From the IMG/VR virus record IMGVR_UViG_3300025133_000033: a stretch of DNA of 64,000 nt. The stretch is one strand, 5' to 3'. The stretch's first letter is position 1, and the number at the start of each line of letters is the position of its first letter. The position numbers and the translations under genes were made by a program. The notes below the pieces were generated by a model. The model was not told where the DNA came from. It ran no database searches and saw nothing but the letters and a program-made list of their open reading frames with translations. Positions 47,061 to 55,926 of the stretch are shown piece by piece. Origin of the DNA: a virus.

Positions 47061-48142
47061 TTCATAATCCCCATTTTATTTACTGTTGAATTGAATAGAT
47101 CTATATCTACATCTGCATATGTTAGTGGTCTACGCTGACTAACATCAGACGATAATGCCGCAGCAATAAACCCTGCGGCTGTAGCCTTTTGCATAGCACT
47201 ATACCCATCTGTTTCAAAGTCAGCATGGATAGCGTGAGAGACGCGATACTCGAAACGATCTGAGTATCCCCATACATCTAAAATAACAATATCTTTTTCT
47301 CTATGAGGGGCAAACAATTCTGATAATCCCTTTGGAGAGAATCCTTTGGTATGAATAAAGTAGTGGACAAGATCTCTATGTCCTTGGTATCTTAGTGTCT
47401 TGTATGAGCAATGCTTAACCCCTCTGTCTTTCATTAACTGGAGAGTATGCGATGCTCCACCGCTAGTAAAAAAGGCTTCAAGCGGGGTATGACACCCCTG
47501 CCAATTGAGAACCCCCTGAGTTTTTACATCCTCTAGCCCCAACATTCCCGGCACTGTAGTAATCTTTCCGCCCTCTAGCACTTCACAGTCGTCTGCATAC
47601 TCGTTGTACAATCCATCAGCAGACCATGTTTTTGCATACCCGAACGGATCTTCGTGCTTTGGTAGCTGCTGTGCTGAAAGACCTCCGCAACGCATTCTTA
47701 TTTCTTCTACTGCACCTGTACGAGACAGCTCTCTATAGGCTTCCTCTGCCATTATATTTACCCATCCCGGTGCAAGCCCTAGATCAGTGAATACTGTAGC
47801 ATTTTTATATCTCTCGTTGATTTTGCGGCTGATAGGTACTGACCCACCAAGATCAAAATACGGAACGTCTGCCGCTACCGCTAGGCTTGCAACCTTGGGA
47901 TTATAGAAGTAGGGCAGGGCCGAGAATACAAGGTCAAAATCTTTTCCATATATAGGACTTGTCTCATGACTATATGATTGATTAACATCAATACTATGAT
48001 ATTCATCACACTGTAAACCTCTAGGGCATTCCTCTTCTCTATCAAACGCTACTATAGAAATAGGTTCTGAGAAGTAGACCGTTTTCAGTAGGTGGATGAT
48101 GGCCTTTCCCATTCCACCTGTTCCGAATATAGCTATCTTCAT
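47057..48142 (-). CDS. saccharopine dehydrogenase / lysine 6-dehydrogenase family oxidoreductase
   Basis: GTGGMG, SALPY, YFDLGG, GLAPG, WS.DGL.NEY, LEAF.TSGG, YKTLRY.GH. Confidence 0.85.
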   Translation of the reverse strand: MKIAIFGTGGMGKAIIHLLKTVYFSEPISIVAFDREEECPRGLQCDEYHSIDVNQSYSHETSPIYGKDFDLVFSALPYFYNPKVASLAVAADVPYFDLGGSVPISRKINERYKNATVFTDLGLAPGWVNIMAEEAYRELSRTGAVEEIRMRCGGLSAQQLPKHEDPFGYAKTWSADGLYNEYADDCEVLEGGKITTVPGMLGLEDVKTQGVLNWQGCHTPLEAFFTSGGASHTLQLMKDRGVKHCSYKTLRYQGHRDLVHYFIHTKGFSPKGLSELFAPHREKDIVILDVWGYSDRFEYRVSHAIHADFETDGYSAMQKATAAGFIAAALSSDVSQRRPLTYADVDIDLFNSTVNKMGIMK

Positions 48143-48172
48143 AACTCGCGTGCCTCCAAATGAGCCTGACTA

Positions 48173-49351
48173 CTAGATTGTTTGATCATAATGTGTTCGT
48201 GCTACGCGAACGAAATCTGCACACTTGCTCATATCTTTAATTGATGTTGAACCAATATACGAACAGCAGCTACGTATACCTCCTACTATATCTCTTAATA
48301 CGTGTTCTGCTGATCCCTTATAATCAATATATTTTACTCGACCTTCGCTGGTCTTATAGTTTTTCATTTCACCACAGTGTTTGTCTTGTGCGTGCTCTGA
48401 TGACATTCCATAGAATTCAAGCTGTGCTTTTACTAGACTTTCCGAGCTTATGATACTCTCCCTCTCTAGTTCTTCTAGAAGAGAAAGGTCTTTTAGGGTG
48501 TTTTTGGGGAAGGTAGGATCACGATATAACCATTTACCCTCACACTCGTCTGTACCAGCCAACATGCCCCCAAGCATCACAAAATCTGCGTTCGCCGCGA
48601 AAGCCTTACAAACATCTCCAGGCGTGCGACAACCACCGTCAGCACAGATCAGTCCTAGCCGTTTCTCGTAGCTCTTGAGGCCGTGGGCAGCATGAGAACA
48701 CTCTGCTATGGCCGAGAGCTGAGGATAGCCCACTCCTGTCTTGAGGCGTGTCGTACAGGCTGAGCCAGGACCGATGCCAACCTTGACAATATCCACTCCT
48801 CCATGCAAGATTAGCTCTTGAACCATCTCAGGAGTACAGACGTTGCCAGCCATAATAATAGGGTACTCATCATTGGTGGCATAGTGTTCTCTAATCTTAG
48901 AGCAATGCTTAACAAAATCGTCTGTGTATCCATTAGCTACATCAATACATATATTAGGAACGCCTTCTATCTCAGTGACTAGTGCGTCCAGTCTATCAAA
49001 ATCATGGTCTTTGATGCCTATACTAACCCAGGCGTGAGCCATTAGCCAGCTCTTTTCTGCTTCGTGAACATCGTTAAAGAACTCTGCTAATTCGGGATAG
49101 GTATAATGCTTATGAAGACACGTAATCATGTCATGAGCCCATAAACGATCAGCCATATCTATAGTTCCTGTAGTATCCATGTTAGCAGCCATGATAGGCG
49201 TGCCACTCCAGGTTCTATTCGAGTGATAAAACTGAAAGTCTCTCTCGACAGATACGCTCTTGCGAGATGCTGCCCTAGTACGCTTAGGGACCAAGAGAAC
49301 ATCATCAAAGTCAAGCTTCAGATCATTCTTTATTAGCGACATTACTAGCAA
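48173..49351 (-). CDS. guaC: GMP reductase
   Basis: [46 protein letters not shown]. Confidence 0.92.
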   Translation of the reverse strand: MLVMSLIKNDLKLDFDDVLLVPKRTRAASRKSVSVERDFQFYHSNRTWSGTPIMAANMDTTGTIDMADRLWAHDMITCLHKHYTYPELAEFFNDVHEAEKSWLMAHAWVSIGIKDHDFDRLDALVTEIEGVPNICIDVANGYTDDFVKHCSKIREHYATNDEYPIIMAGNVCTPEMVQELILHGGVDIVKVGIGPGSACTTRLKTGVGYPQLSAIAECSHAAHGLKSYEKRLGLICADGGCRTPGDVCKAFAANADFVMLGGMLAGTDECEGKWLYRDPTFPKNTLKDLSLLEELERESIISSESLVKAQLEFYGMSSEHAQDKHCGEMKNYKTSEGRVKYIDYKGSAEHVLRDIVGGIRSCCSYIGSTSIKDMSKCADFVRVARTHYDQTI

Positions 49352-49556
49352 ATCCTATCTTGTGTTTTTCAGAACGGGCGTGATCACGAACTTCATACTC
49401 AGCCAACCATTTATCATGTCTAGCATCACCATTCCACCAAACGACATTGTATATAACCCCCGATTCACGAATAGTTATAGCATGAACATGCCCCTTGATG
49501 CTCTTTCCATCAGATTGCCATATCTCTACTTCGGTTCCGATTTTGTATAGAGTCAT
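49323..49556 (-). CDS. small hypothetical protein
   Basis: 77 aa coupled ORF. Confidence 0.5.
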   Translation of the reverse strand: MTLYKIGTEVEIWQSDGKSIKGHVHAITIRESGVIYNVVWWNGDARHDKWLAEYEVRDHARSEKHKIGFASNVANKE

Positions 49557-50004
49557 TTTCCACTGCTCCCAAACCCAGAGCCTCCACGTTCAGAGGTTGT
49601 TAGTTCTGATACTGCGTGCATTTTAAACTGATAAGTCTCATGGAATAGTATTTGTGCTATTCTATCTCCCTTCTTAATCCTCACTTGAACATTCTCATCT
49701 TGAGGGGTTTCAAAAAGAGGAAGAGGTATAGTAGAGTTGAACAGGCACACCATGATCTCTCCACGGTAGCCCTGATCTATTACTCCTGCCAGTACATCTA
49801 TTCCTTTTTTAACAGCAAGTCCTGATCGAGGCCAGATAAGACCGGCATAGCCCTCTGGTATCTCAATAGAAATTCCTGTCTTAACCGTCTTCCTTTCCCC
49901 TCCATTTATTGTAACGTCTTCGATGGCATACAGATCCCAGCCTGCATCAGATTTATTGGCTTTTGTTGGAACCTTTGCGTCTTCATGTAGAAGTTTGACT
50001 TTCA
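49553..50004 (-). CDS. dut: dUTPase
   Basis: AGWDL, PRSGL, GVIDQGYRGE, DRIAQ, RGGSGFGSSG; start at MKVKLL. Confidence 0.95.
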
Positions 50005-51093
50005 TGCAGTAGTTATCTCCAATAATGAGGCGGCTGTTTTTTCCCAAGAGAGTTCTTTTGCTGTTTCGATACCTGCCTCGTTAGGCATCTCACGATCACT
50101 CTGCCATCGCTTATATACTTCTCGTAGACGGTTGATTAACTCATCATAAGCGTCACCTTCTAGTGATGCCCATGTACCATTATCTCCCGTGAACCAGTAC
50201 CCATCAAACATAGGTTCTTCTTCTGTTATTTTAACTAGGTTGCAATTGTCCTTATTGCAGAACTCAGTATGTGCTGAGTAGTCCGTAGCAATAACTTGCT
50301 TGCCCATACTCATAAGCTCTAATATCTCAAGGTTCCAGCCCTCAGCACGAGCAGGGAAGACCCCGCAGTTAATTCTAGCCATAATTCTTGCTAGTTCGTC
50401 CTGGTATTGAACCTTCTCTATCAGCTTGATTCGATAGTCTCCCTTATAAGAAGACTCCCATTGACTCTTCTGATTCTCATTGAGGAATGGATTGTCTGCC
50501 ATCATCCATAATTCTACGTCATGAACGTTCGGAAACGCATCTTTGAAAGCTTTATGTAGAATATCATGGCCCTTACGAACCTCCCACTTGCCGCAATTAA
50601 AAAAGATACACTTATGGGGATCAGTGTTATTAAACGTCTCGTTAAAGATGGTGCGGTCCACGCCCATAGGTACGATATGAGGCTTCTCGTCAGCAGGTTT
50701 GATCTTTAGCTGGTCAATAACAATGGCAGCGGCCCAGAGAGAGGGGACTGCTATTCGATCTGCCGACTTAAGATGAGACTTGCGGCGAGCATCAAACTTA
50801 TTTACTTCAAAGAAAGAAAGATTTGTTAAAGGACCAACCCCAATACGTTCCCCTAGATGGTTCTCATGCCAAATCTTCAAGCATGGAGCAGTAGGATCAA
50901 ACTCATTTTGCTTCATGATATCAATCTGAAACTGATGAGTCTGCTCCTCGTTCATTTTAATAGGAGTGCTTATCTGATTACTGACAGGCCAGAGAGTCAC
51001 ATCATCAGTCTTGTTTAGCTCCTTCCATACATTATAACTTACTACTCCATATCCCAGAGAATTGATGGGGCAAAACAGATTTACTTTCTTCAT
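50002..51093 (-). CDS. GT4 glycosyltransferase
   Basis: GKWEVRKG, PARAEGWNLEILE.MSMGK.VIATDYSAH. Confidence 0.85.
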   Translation of the reverse strand: MKKVNLFCPINSLGYGVVSYNVWKELNKTDDVTLWPVSNQISTPIKMNEEQTHQFQIDIMKQNEFDPTAPCLKIWHENHLGERIGVGPLTNLSFFEVNKFDARRKSHLKSADRIAVPSLWAAAIVIDQLKIKPADEKPHIVPMGVDRTIFNETFNNTDPHKCIFFNCGKWEVRKGHDILHKAFKDAFPNVHDVELWMMADNPFLNENQKSQWESSYKGDYRIKLIEKVQYQDELARIMARINCGVFPARAEGWNLEILELMSMGKQVIATDYSAHTEFCNKDNCNLVKITEEEPMFDGYWFTGDNGTWASLEGDAYDELINRLREVYKRWQSDREMPNEAGIETAKELSWEKTAASLLEITTA

Positions 51094-51128
51094 ATTAGAT
51101 CCTTATATATTAGATGGTTACTGCAACT

Positions 51129-51416
51129 CTACTCTTCCTTTTTGCCAGCCTCGTACAGATGATCGAAGAACATCTTAGCACAAGTATTATCAGTCAATAT
51201 TAATCCCATCAAGTCTCCTGTCTTGGCTGCATCATACAGTCGGGGAACATAGAGTGCGGGAAATTTCTGAACTAATCGAAAATTCCAAATATCATCGGCT
51301 GTTAAGAATATAATATCTTTAGCACCGCGACCCTTTGCTGCCTCCTGCTCCCGATTCCAGTCTTGTGCGACAGCTTCGCACATTTCTCTATATGTTATCT
51401 GTTCAGTAGAACCCAT
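51129..51416 (-). CDS. hypothetical protein
   Basis: 95 aa ORF. Confidence 0.5.
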   Translation of the reverse strand: MGSTEQITYREMCEAVAQDWNREQEAAKGRGAKDIIFLTADDIWNFRLVQKFPALYVPRLYDAAKTGDLMGLILTDNTCAKMFFDHLYEAGKKEE

Positions 51417-51420
51417 ACCT

Positions 51421-51642
51421 CTATCCTCCCCACGGTAAATGAACAGCAGTCAATACAACCTTTGTCTTTCCCAGGTACTCCAATGTCTGTTCCTGTGAGG
51501 GAAGGGGACTGTCTGCTTTATGCGGATAGTCGTCCACAACCTCCACCTCTCCGCCAGCGTCCTCGATCAACTTCTTAATCGAATCCATCTGTGGCCAGAT
51601 AGTCCCGCCAGGACCACGAACCTCAATATGTATAGGATACAT
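51421..51642 (-). CDS. hypothetical protein
   Basis: 73 aa ORF with GGAG RBS. Confidence 0.5.
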   Translation of the reverse strand: MYPIHIEVRGPGGTIWPQMDSIKKLIEDAGGEVEVVDDYPHKADSPLPSQEQTLEYLGKTKVVLTAVHLPWGG

Positions 51643-51713
51643 TAGTCTCTCCTATATGTAATAAAAAACCGCAAGAGGAAAAGCCTCTCACGGTTAATTG
51701 TACTCTGCTAGGT

Positions 51714-52232
51714 TTATAGTGACCGCCTCACCGCTTCACAAAACCCTATAACTTCTTCGTCAGAAAATTTATTTCGTGCTAGATTAAACATCACAGAGAC
51801 AAATCTAACATTGCCCTTTACGTATCCCCTTCCATTGTCGATACGGTCAAGCGATGCATGTTCTGGCCTAAGAGCTTCAGTCTTATAAGACTGATGGTTT
51901 CTGAGGATTAAATTCCACCCAGTAAAAGGACAACTTCCTGCCTGATCTTCCCAAAGACACTTCAAGTATTTTGCATCAAGGTCAAAACTTTTATTTCTTT
52001 GTTTGCATAGCTTGATGTAATATCTGAAGTTTGAAAATTCGTCACGTCTATTTTCTGGTATTAAGTTGTCAGAGTTATTGTGTTGTTTAAGATGATCGCA
52101 GTGCTTCGATCCCGAACACTTGAGGCTACAAAAAAAGGCCGTTCTGCCCCTCTTACGCTGACGGACAATCTCGGCCTTTCTTTTTTCGCATTTTTGACCA
52201 CAGTGATCGCAAACAATTTCAATATATTTCAT
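51714..52232 (-). CDS. putative homing endonuclease (Zn finger plus HNH-like domain)
   Basis: CDHC...FCSLKC; Q.G.CPFTG; ASLDRIDNGRGYVKGNVRFV...N..RN. Confidence 0.7.
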   Translation of the reverse strand: MKYIEIVCDHCGQKCEKRKAEIVRQRKRGRTAFFCSLKCSGSKHCDHLKQHNNSDNLIPENRRDEFSNFRYYIKLCKQRNKSFDLDAKYLKCLWEDQAGSCPFTGWNLILRNHQSYKTEALRPEHASLDRIDNGRGYVKGNVRFVSVMFNLARNKFSDEEVIGFCEAVRRSL

Positions 52233-52286
52233 ATCAGCATCCTCCTTGGCTAATTATACACCAATAGTGGAGATACTGTGAATTTT

Positions 52287-52591
52287 TGGTGGAGCCGGGG
52301 GGGATTCGAACCCCCCGTCCCTAATTGTTTTCAATAAAGCGTCTACGTGTTTGTGTCGAGCTAAGCCCTGCACGACCAAGGGGCAGGATAGTTTAATGAC
52401 CTCTTACAGTCCAGCTTCAAAACAGGTATCTAGCTTTGGTTAACAGGGTGCTAGATAACCCCTACTGCTTACGCAGCTAAAGCAAAGTTTTCGTTTGCAA
52501 TTAAATGTTAGTCAATTTTTTAGGTAGCCCTTTGACCAACTACCACACGCAACTTTACATCCGTCCAATAGGTCGAAACCAAGTCGGCCCC
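52287..52591 (-). ncRNA. ssrA: tmRNA
   Basis: 5' GGGGCCG, 3' T-arm plus GGCTCCACCA (G3-U70); tag ORF at 52469..52498 encodes ANENFALAA*. Confidence 0.95.
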
Positions 52592-52597
52592 AAACAG

Positions 52598-52669
52598 AGA
52601 GCGAAGAGGGATTCGAACCCCCGTAGATCTGAGTTGCAGTCAGACGCCTTGCCTCTCGGCCACTCGCTC
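52598..52669 (-). tRNA. tRNA-Cys(GCA)
   Basis: Cloverleaf, loop CTGCAAC, U73. Confidence 0.88.
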
Positions 52670-52675
52670 TAAAAG

Positions 52676-52747
52676 TGCAGCTACGGAGAATCGAACTCCG
52701 ATCTCAACGTTGGCAACGTTATATACTAGCCTTTGTACGATAGCTGC
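52676..52747 (-). tRNA. tRNA-Gly(GCC)
   Basis: Cloverleaf, loop TTGCCAA. Confidence 0.85.
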
Positions 52748-53107
52748 CTATTCTTCCTCAATTGCTTCTCTAACAATTCCTACCCACATATCATCAAGTT
52801 CGTGATCGGTAAAGTCGCCAGGAAACATCTTGCGAATCTGATTCCTAACAGCCATACCCTCTCGAAAATGAACAGGGTGAGGGACTGCCCCGTTAAAGAT
52901 TACAGGATCAACTCTGCCATACTCTCTATAGTAGTCACGGAAAAGTTCGATACCTTCAGGCTTTAACCAGCCCCTAACTCTCTCAACAATATCTTGTCGT
53001 TGAGTTTTCCTGTTGTTTTTAATGACTATGATCCTTGACTTGCTTGCTCCAATGACAAACCTCTCGTCTTTGATACCAGTGTACCATTTTATGACCGTGT
53101 TCATCAT
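52748..53107 (-). CDS. hypothetical protein
   Basis: 119 aa; HPVHFREGMAVRN. Confidence 0.5.
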   Translation of the reverse strand: MMNTVIKWYTGIKDERFVIGASKSRIIVIKNNRKTQRQDIVERVRGWLKPEGIELFRDYYREYGRVDPVIFNGAVPHPVHFREGMAVRNQIRKMFPGDFTDHELDDMWVGIVREAIEEE

Positions 53108-53214
53108 GCTCTACGATCACCAACCAAAACGGAAGGGAAAGTAGGCGTCTGCGTGCATTCTTATGTTCGAATGTCTTACCGCACTTAAGTGCAACATTAA
53201 TAGTATTCATAATA

Positions 53215-53544
53215 CTACCTCCGATAGTACCGTGTTTTTCCAGCTCTAAAATCGAACGTACTATATCCCCGGTACTGAGAAAAATTAACATTAACGCCAA
53301 ATCTTACATACCTCTGTGGCGAGATGTAAGTTGGCCCGATACTCATGTATGTCCCGGTTGGATACCAAGTAACAACTGGGCGATAGGCGATCACAGGCCC
53401 ATGCCTGTGTAGCCCTGCGTGGGGATGTGCGTGCCAGTGTCCGTTGTGATGGTGCTGACCAAAGGCATCGCTTGCAAAGAAGCCAAGGGAAAAGAACATC
53501 AATTGGACAAAGAAAAAGAACAAGATTAAAAGTAGCTTCTTCAT
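53215..53544 (-). CDS. secreted His-rich small protein
   Basis: Start MKKLLLILFFFF (the ORF-track extension overlaps a tRNA); signal peptide, then HHHNGHWHAHPH. Confidence 0.55.
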   Translation of the reverse strand: MKKLLLILFFFFVQLMFFSLGFFASDAFGQHHHNGHWHAHPHAGLHRHGPVIAYRPVVTWYPTGTYMSIGPTYISPQRYVRFGVNVNFSQYRGYSTFDFRAGKTRYYRR

Positions 53545-53562
53545 TACATCACCTTTATAGAG

Positions 53563-53633
53563 TGCAAGATATCGGAATCGAACCGATGACCTTTGAGTGG
53601 AAGTCAAATGTTTTACCACTAAACTAATCTTGC
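53563..53633 (-). tRNA. tRNA-Gly(TCC)
   Basis: Loop CTTCCAC. Confidence 0.88.
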
Positions 53634-53788
53634 CAATGTTCCTTTGCGTGACAGTTGGCACATAGAACTACACATTTTTCAATTTCTTTGAAGATTTTGG
53701 AAACGCCCCCAACGTCTTGAGGTAGGCCCGTCAGCCTATGATCTGCGTGGGAATCGAACCCACCTATGTCCGTTTATCAACGTTTCAG

Positions 53789-53861
53789 TGAGAGCGGTGG
53801 GAATCGAACCCACATTATCTTGGTTAAGAGCCAAGTGCATTACCTTATCTGCCACACTCCC
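53789..53861 (-). tRNA. tRNA-Lys(CTT)
   Basis: Loop CTCTTAA. Confidence 0.88.
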
Positions 53862-53877
53862 GTTAAAGCCCGCCTCG

Positions 53878-54082
53878 GCTGGTGGTACTAACGGACCCTC
53901 ATAAAGTCCTCCCACATTCTTATTTAAACGTCGGCTACAACGTACCGAATTTCGCATCCTTCTAGAACAGATGCCGAGCCTTATCATCACTCTTAGTCAT
54001 CCTGACTTAACGAAAACTTTTCAGCGTCCGAATAAGCCATACAACCGCTCACAGCGTCCATAGACGCCCCCGCTACCACAGC
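53878..54082 (-). ncRNA. unknown structured RNA (~205 nt)
   Basis: Closing helix, 12-bp inner helix and five hairpins; no convincing ORF. Confidence 0.5.
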
Positions 54083-54144
54083 ACTTCTTCAAGTTCACCA
54101 AAAGTTAAGGTATTCATCAAATTCTCCTTATCACGTTAGTGAAG

Positions 54145-54217
54145 TAGGCAATAAGGGAGTCGAACCCCTTCTTCTAGTTCCGTAGACTAGCGTGCTATTC
54201 CGTCACACTCATCGCCC
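54145..54217 (-). tRNA. tRNA-Arg(ACG)
   Basis: Loop CTACGGA. Confidence 0.85.
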
Positions 54218-54222
54218 AAATA

Positions 54223-54540
54223 TTATTCTCTAATCTCTATGTTTTCTAGTCCAGACTCAAATATCTCATCTAGCTTTTGCATCAAGAAAAAGCCAGCCAT
54301 ATAAGACTTCATACTTTCTTTATCTTGACTTAGAATTAAGAGGACAGGCCCCTCGGCATTATCAATAGATCCTGAATCTGCGAAGATAGTAAAGACCTTG
54401 CCCGACTGATTAAATTTCTCAATAAATTCCAGCGGAACCTCGTTCGTATAAACGTCATCGTCCATACTGTATTCATCGGAACCTACCTCTTTCCAAATGC
54501 GAAAGCGGTATAGTTGAGTAGTTTCTAGTGTATCTGTCAT
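54223..54540 (-). CDS. hypothetical protein
   Basis: 105 aa ORF. Confidence 0.5.
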   Translation of the reverse strand: MTDTLETTQLYRFRIWKEVGSDEYSMDDDVYTNEVPLEFIEKFNQSGKVFTIFADSGSIDNAEGPVLLILSQDKESMKSYMAGFFLMQKLDEIFESGLENIEIRE

Positions 54541-54546
54541 AATAAA

Positions 54547-54735
54547 TTATCCTGTTGCTGAAATTGCTTGTCTTTTTCCAGATAGATACTGAGTGTATTC
54601 TATACTCCCTAGCTCGTAAGGAGGTTCTTCTTCGTTAGGAATATTAGGCTCGTCGTCTCGTCTCCCATATAAGTATACCACGTAACCACGGTCAAAAGGC
54701 TCTAAAGCTTCAAAATATTCCTGTGAGATAGTCAT
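54547..54735 (-). CDS. hypothetical protein
   Basis: 62 aa, ATGA overlap. Confidence 0.45.
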   Translation of the reverse strand: MTISQEYFEALEPFDRGYVVYLYGRRDDEPNIPNEEEPPYELGSIEYTQYLSGKRQAISATG

Positions 54736-55067
54736 CTTTTCAAGCCCATTTGAGAACGTTCTAAGTCCTCCAATGCAATTTCACACAGGTTTTTAATGTC
54801 ATCTAAGTCTCCATTATCAACTATGCATTTATCCTCATACGGGTCCAAGAGCCTACGTCTGATCTCAGTTTCGGCAGAAGAGATATGACCTAACGCATTA
54901 CTTAGTTCGGTATATCCACGAGGGTCTAAAATCCCCAACGTCAATCGACAGATGATATAGTTCAGAGCACCTCCTCTTTTTTCCTTTGGGACGTGAAGAG
55001 AATCTTCTATTAATACATCAATACTATCGTCTATTAAGTTTCTATGTTCCTGTGGGATGTAAGGCAT
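54732..55067 (-). CDS. conserved-looking phage protein (MPYI...G.LNY...E..RR...PYED)
   Basis: Motif pattern typical of phage accessory genes. Confidence 0.6.
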   Translation of the reverse strand: MPYIPQEHRNLIDDSIDVLIEDSLHVPKEKRGGALNYIICRLTLGILDPRGYTELSNALGHISSAETEIRRRLLDPYEDKCIVDNGDLDDIKNLCEIALEDLERSQMGLKR

Positions 55068-55098
55068 GTCCTGTCCTTTCGAGTTCCAAGTAAGTAAG

Positions 55099-55184
55099 CG
55101 GAGGGTGAGGGAATCGAACCCGCCAACCCGTCTTAGGGGCTACTGCTTAGCAAGCAGCTTCCGTAGCCAATTTGGTTACCCTCC
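55099..55184 (-). tRNA. tRNA-Ser(GCT)
   Basis: Loop TTGCTAA, long variable arm, G73. Confidence 0.88.
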
Positions 55185-55189
55185 ATTAG

Positions 55190-55263
55190 TAGTACGGGAG
55201 GGAGTCGAACCCTCAAACACTAGTTCCTAAAACTAGTCGCTCTGCCAGTTGGCGTACCGTACC
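55190..55263 (-). tRNA. tRNA-Leu(TAG), short variable loop
   Basis: Loop TTTAGGA. Confidence 0.82.
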
Positions 55264-55268
55264 ATGAG

Positions 55269-55342
55269 TGGTGTGGGAGGGGGTCGAACCCTCAACTACT
55301 AAGGTTTGAGCTTAGCTCCTCTACCTGTTGGGATACCACACC
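55269..55342 (-). tRNA. tRNA-Leu(CAA), short variable loop
   Basis: Loop CTCAAAC. Confidence 0.82.
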
Positions 55343-55441
55343 TAACGAATACCTAGTCCCCTAAGTATTAAGTCTATCCAACAAATTAAAATATCACAAG
55401 TCCAGATTGCCAATCCTCGCCAATCAGGGTATCTCATTTAG

Positions 55442-55516
55442 TGATGCCGGTGGGGGTCGAACCCACAAACTACAAGATTTTAAGTCTTGTTCCTCTACCA
55501 GTTGGGATACGGCACC
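55442..55516 (-). tRNA. tRNA-Leu(TAA), short variable loop
   Basis: Loop CTTAAAA. Confidence 0.82.
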
Positions 55517-55519
55517 GTG

Positions 55520-55700
55520 TTATTAGCTATACCAGTGTGCTACTACGCCAAAGACCATGCTGCATGTTCGCATGACGCCCCCGCACATGCTTTCCGCGAG
55601 AGTTGGTTGTTACCATACGCCCCCTTCTTTCTACGGAAGGGAATCACTCTTTAAATGATGGCTGCTTCTAAGCCCACATCCTAGTAGTCTTCGCTAATAA
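55520..55700 (-). ncRNA. 23S rRNA GTPase-associated-centre (H42-H44) mimic with a 96-nt insertion
   Basis: AGAC-TACTAGGATGTGGGCTTAGAAGCAGCCATCATTTAAAGAGTG[96 nt]GCGTAGTAGCACACTGGT, closed by TTATTAGC/GCTAATAA. Confidence 0.8.
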
Positions 55701-55787
55701 ATTGTCCCCTGCCCAGAACGTACACGGTCGCGACCCGTCCTAGAGGTTCACCAAGGTCACGGTCGAATTGAACGGCCTTCGGGGTAG

Positions 55788-55860
55788 TGGGCAATGAGGG
55801 ATTCGAACCCCCGACCATTTGGATGTAAGCCAAACACTCTAGCCGCTGAGTTAATCGCCC
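55788..55860 (-). tRNA. tRNA-Val(TAC)
   Basis: Loop CTTACAT. Confidence 0.9.
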
Positions 55861-55926
55861 GCTTTATGTTCTTTTCTATGACAATTAGCACATAGAACTT
55901 CACACTTTTTTATCTCTTCTAGTATT

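Noticed and set aside
55520-55700. True 23S rRNA gene or host contamination
   Set aside because: Similarity is limited to H42-H44, is interrupted by an insert, and is flanked by phage tRNAs.
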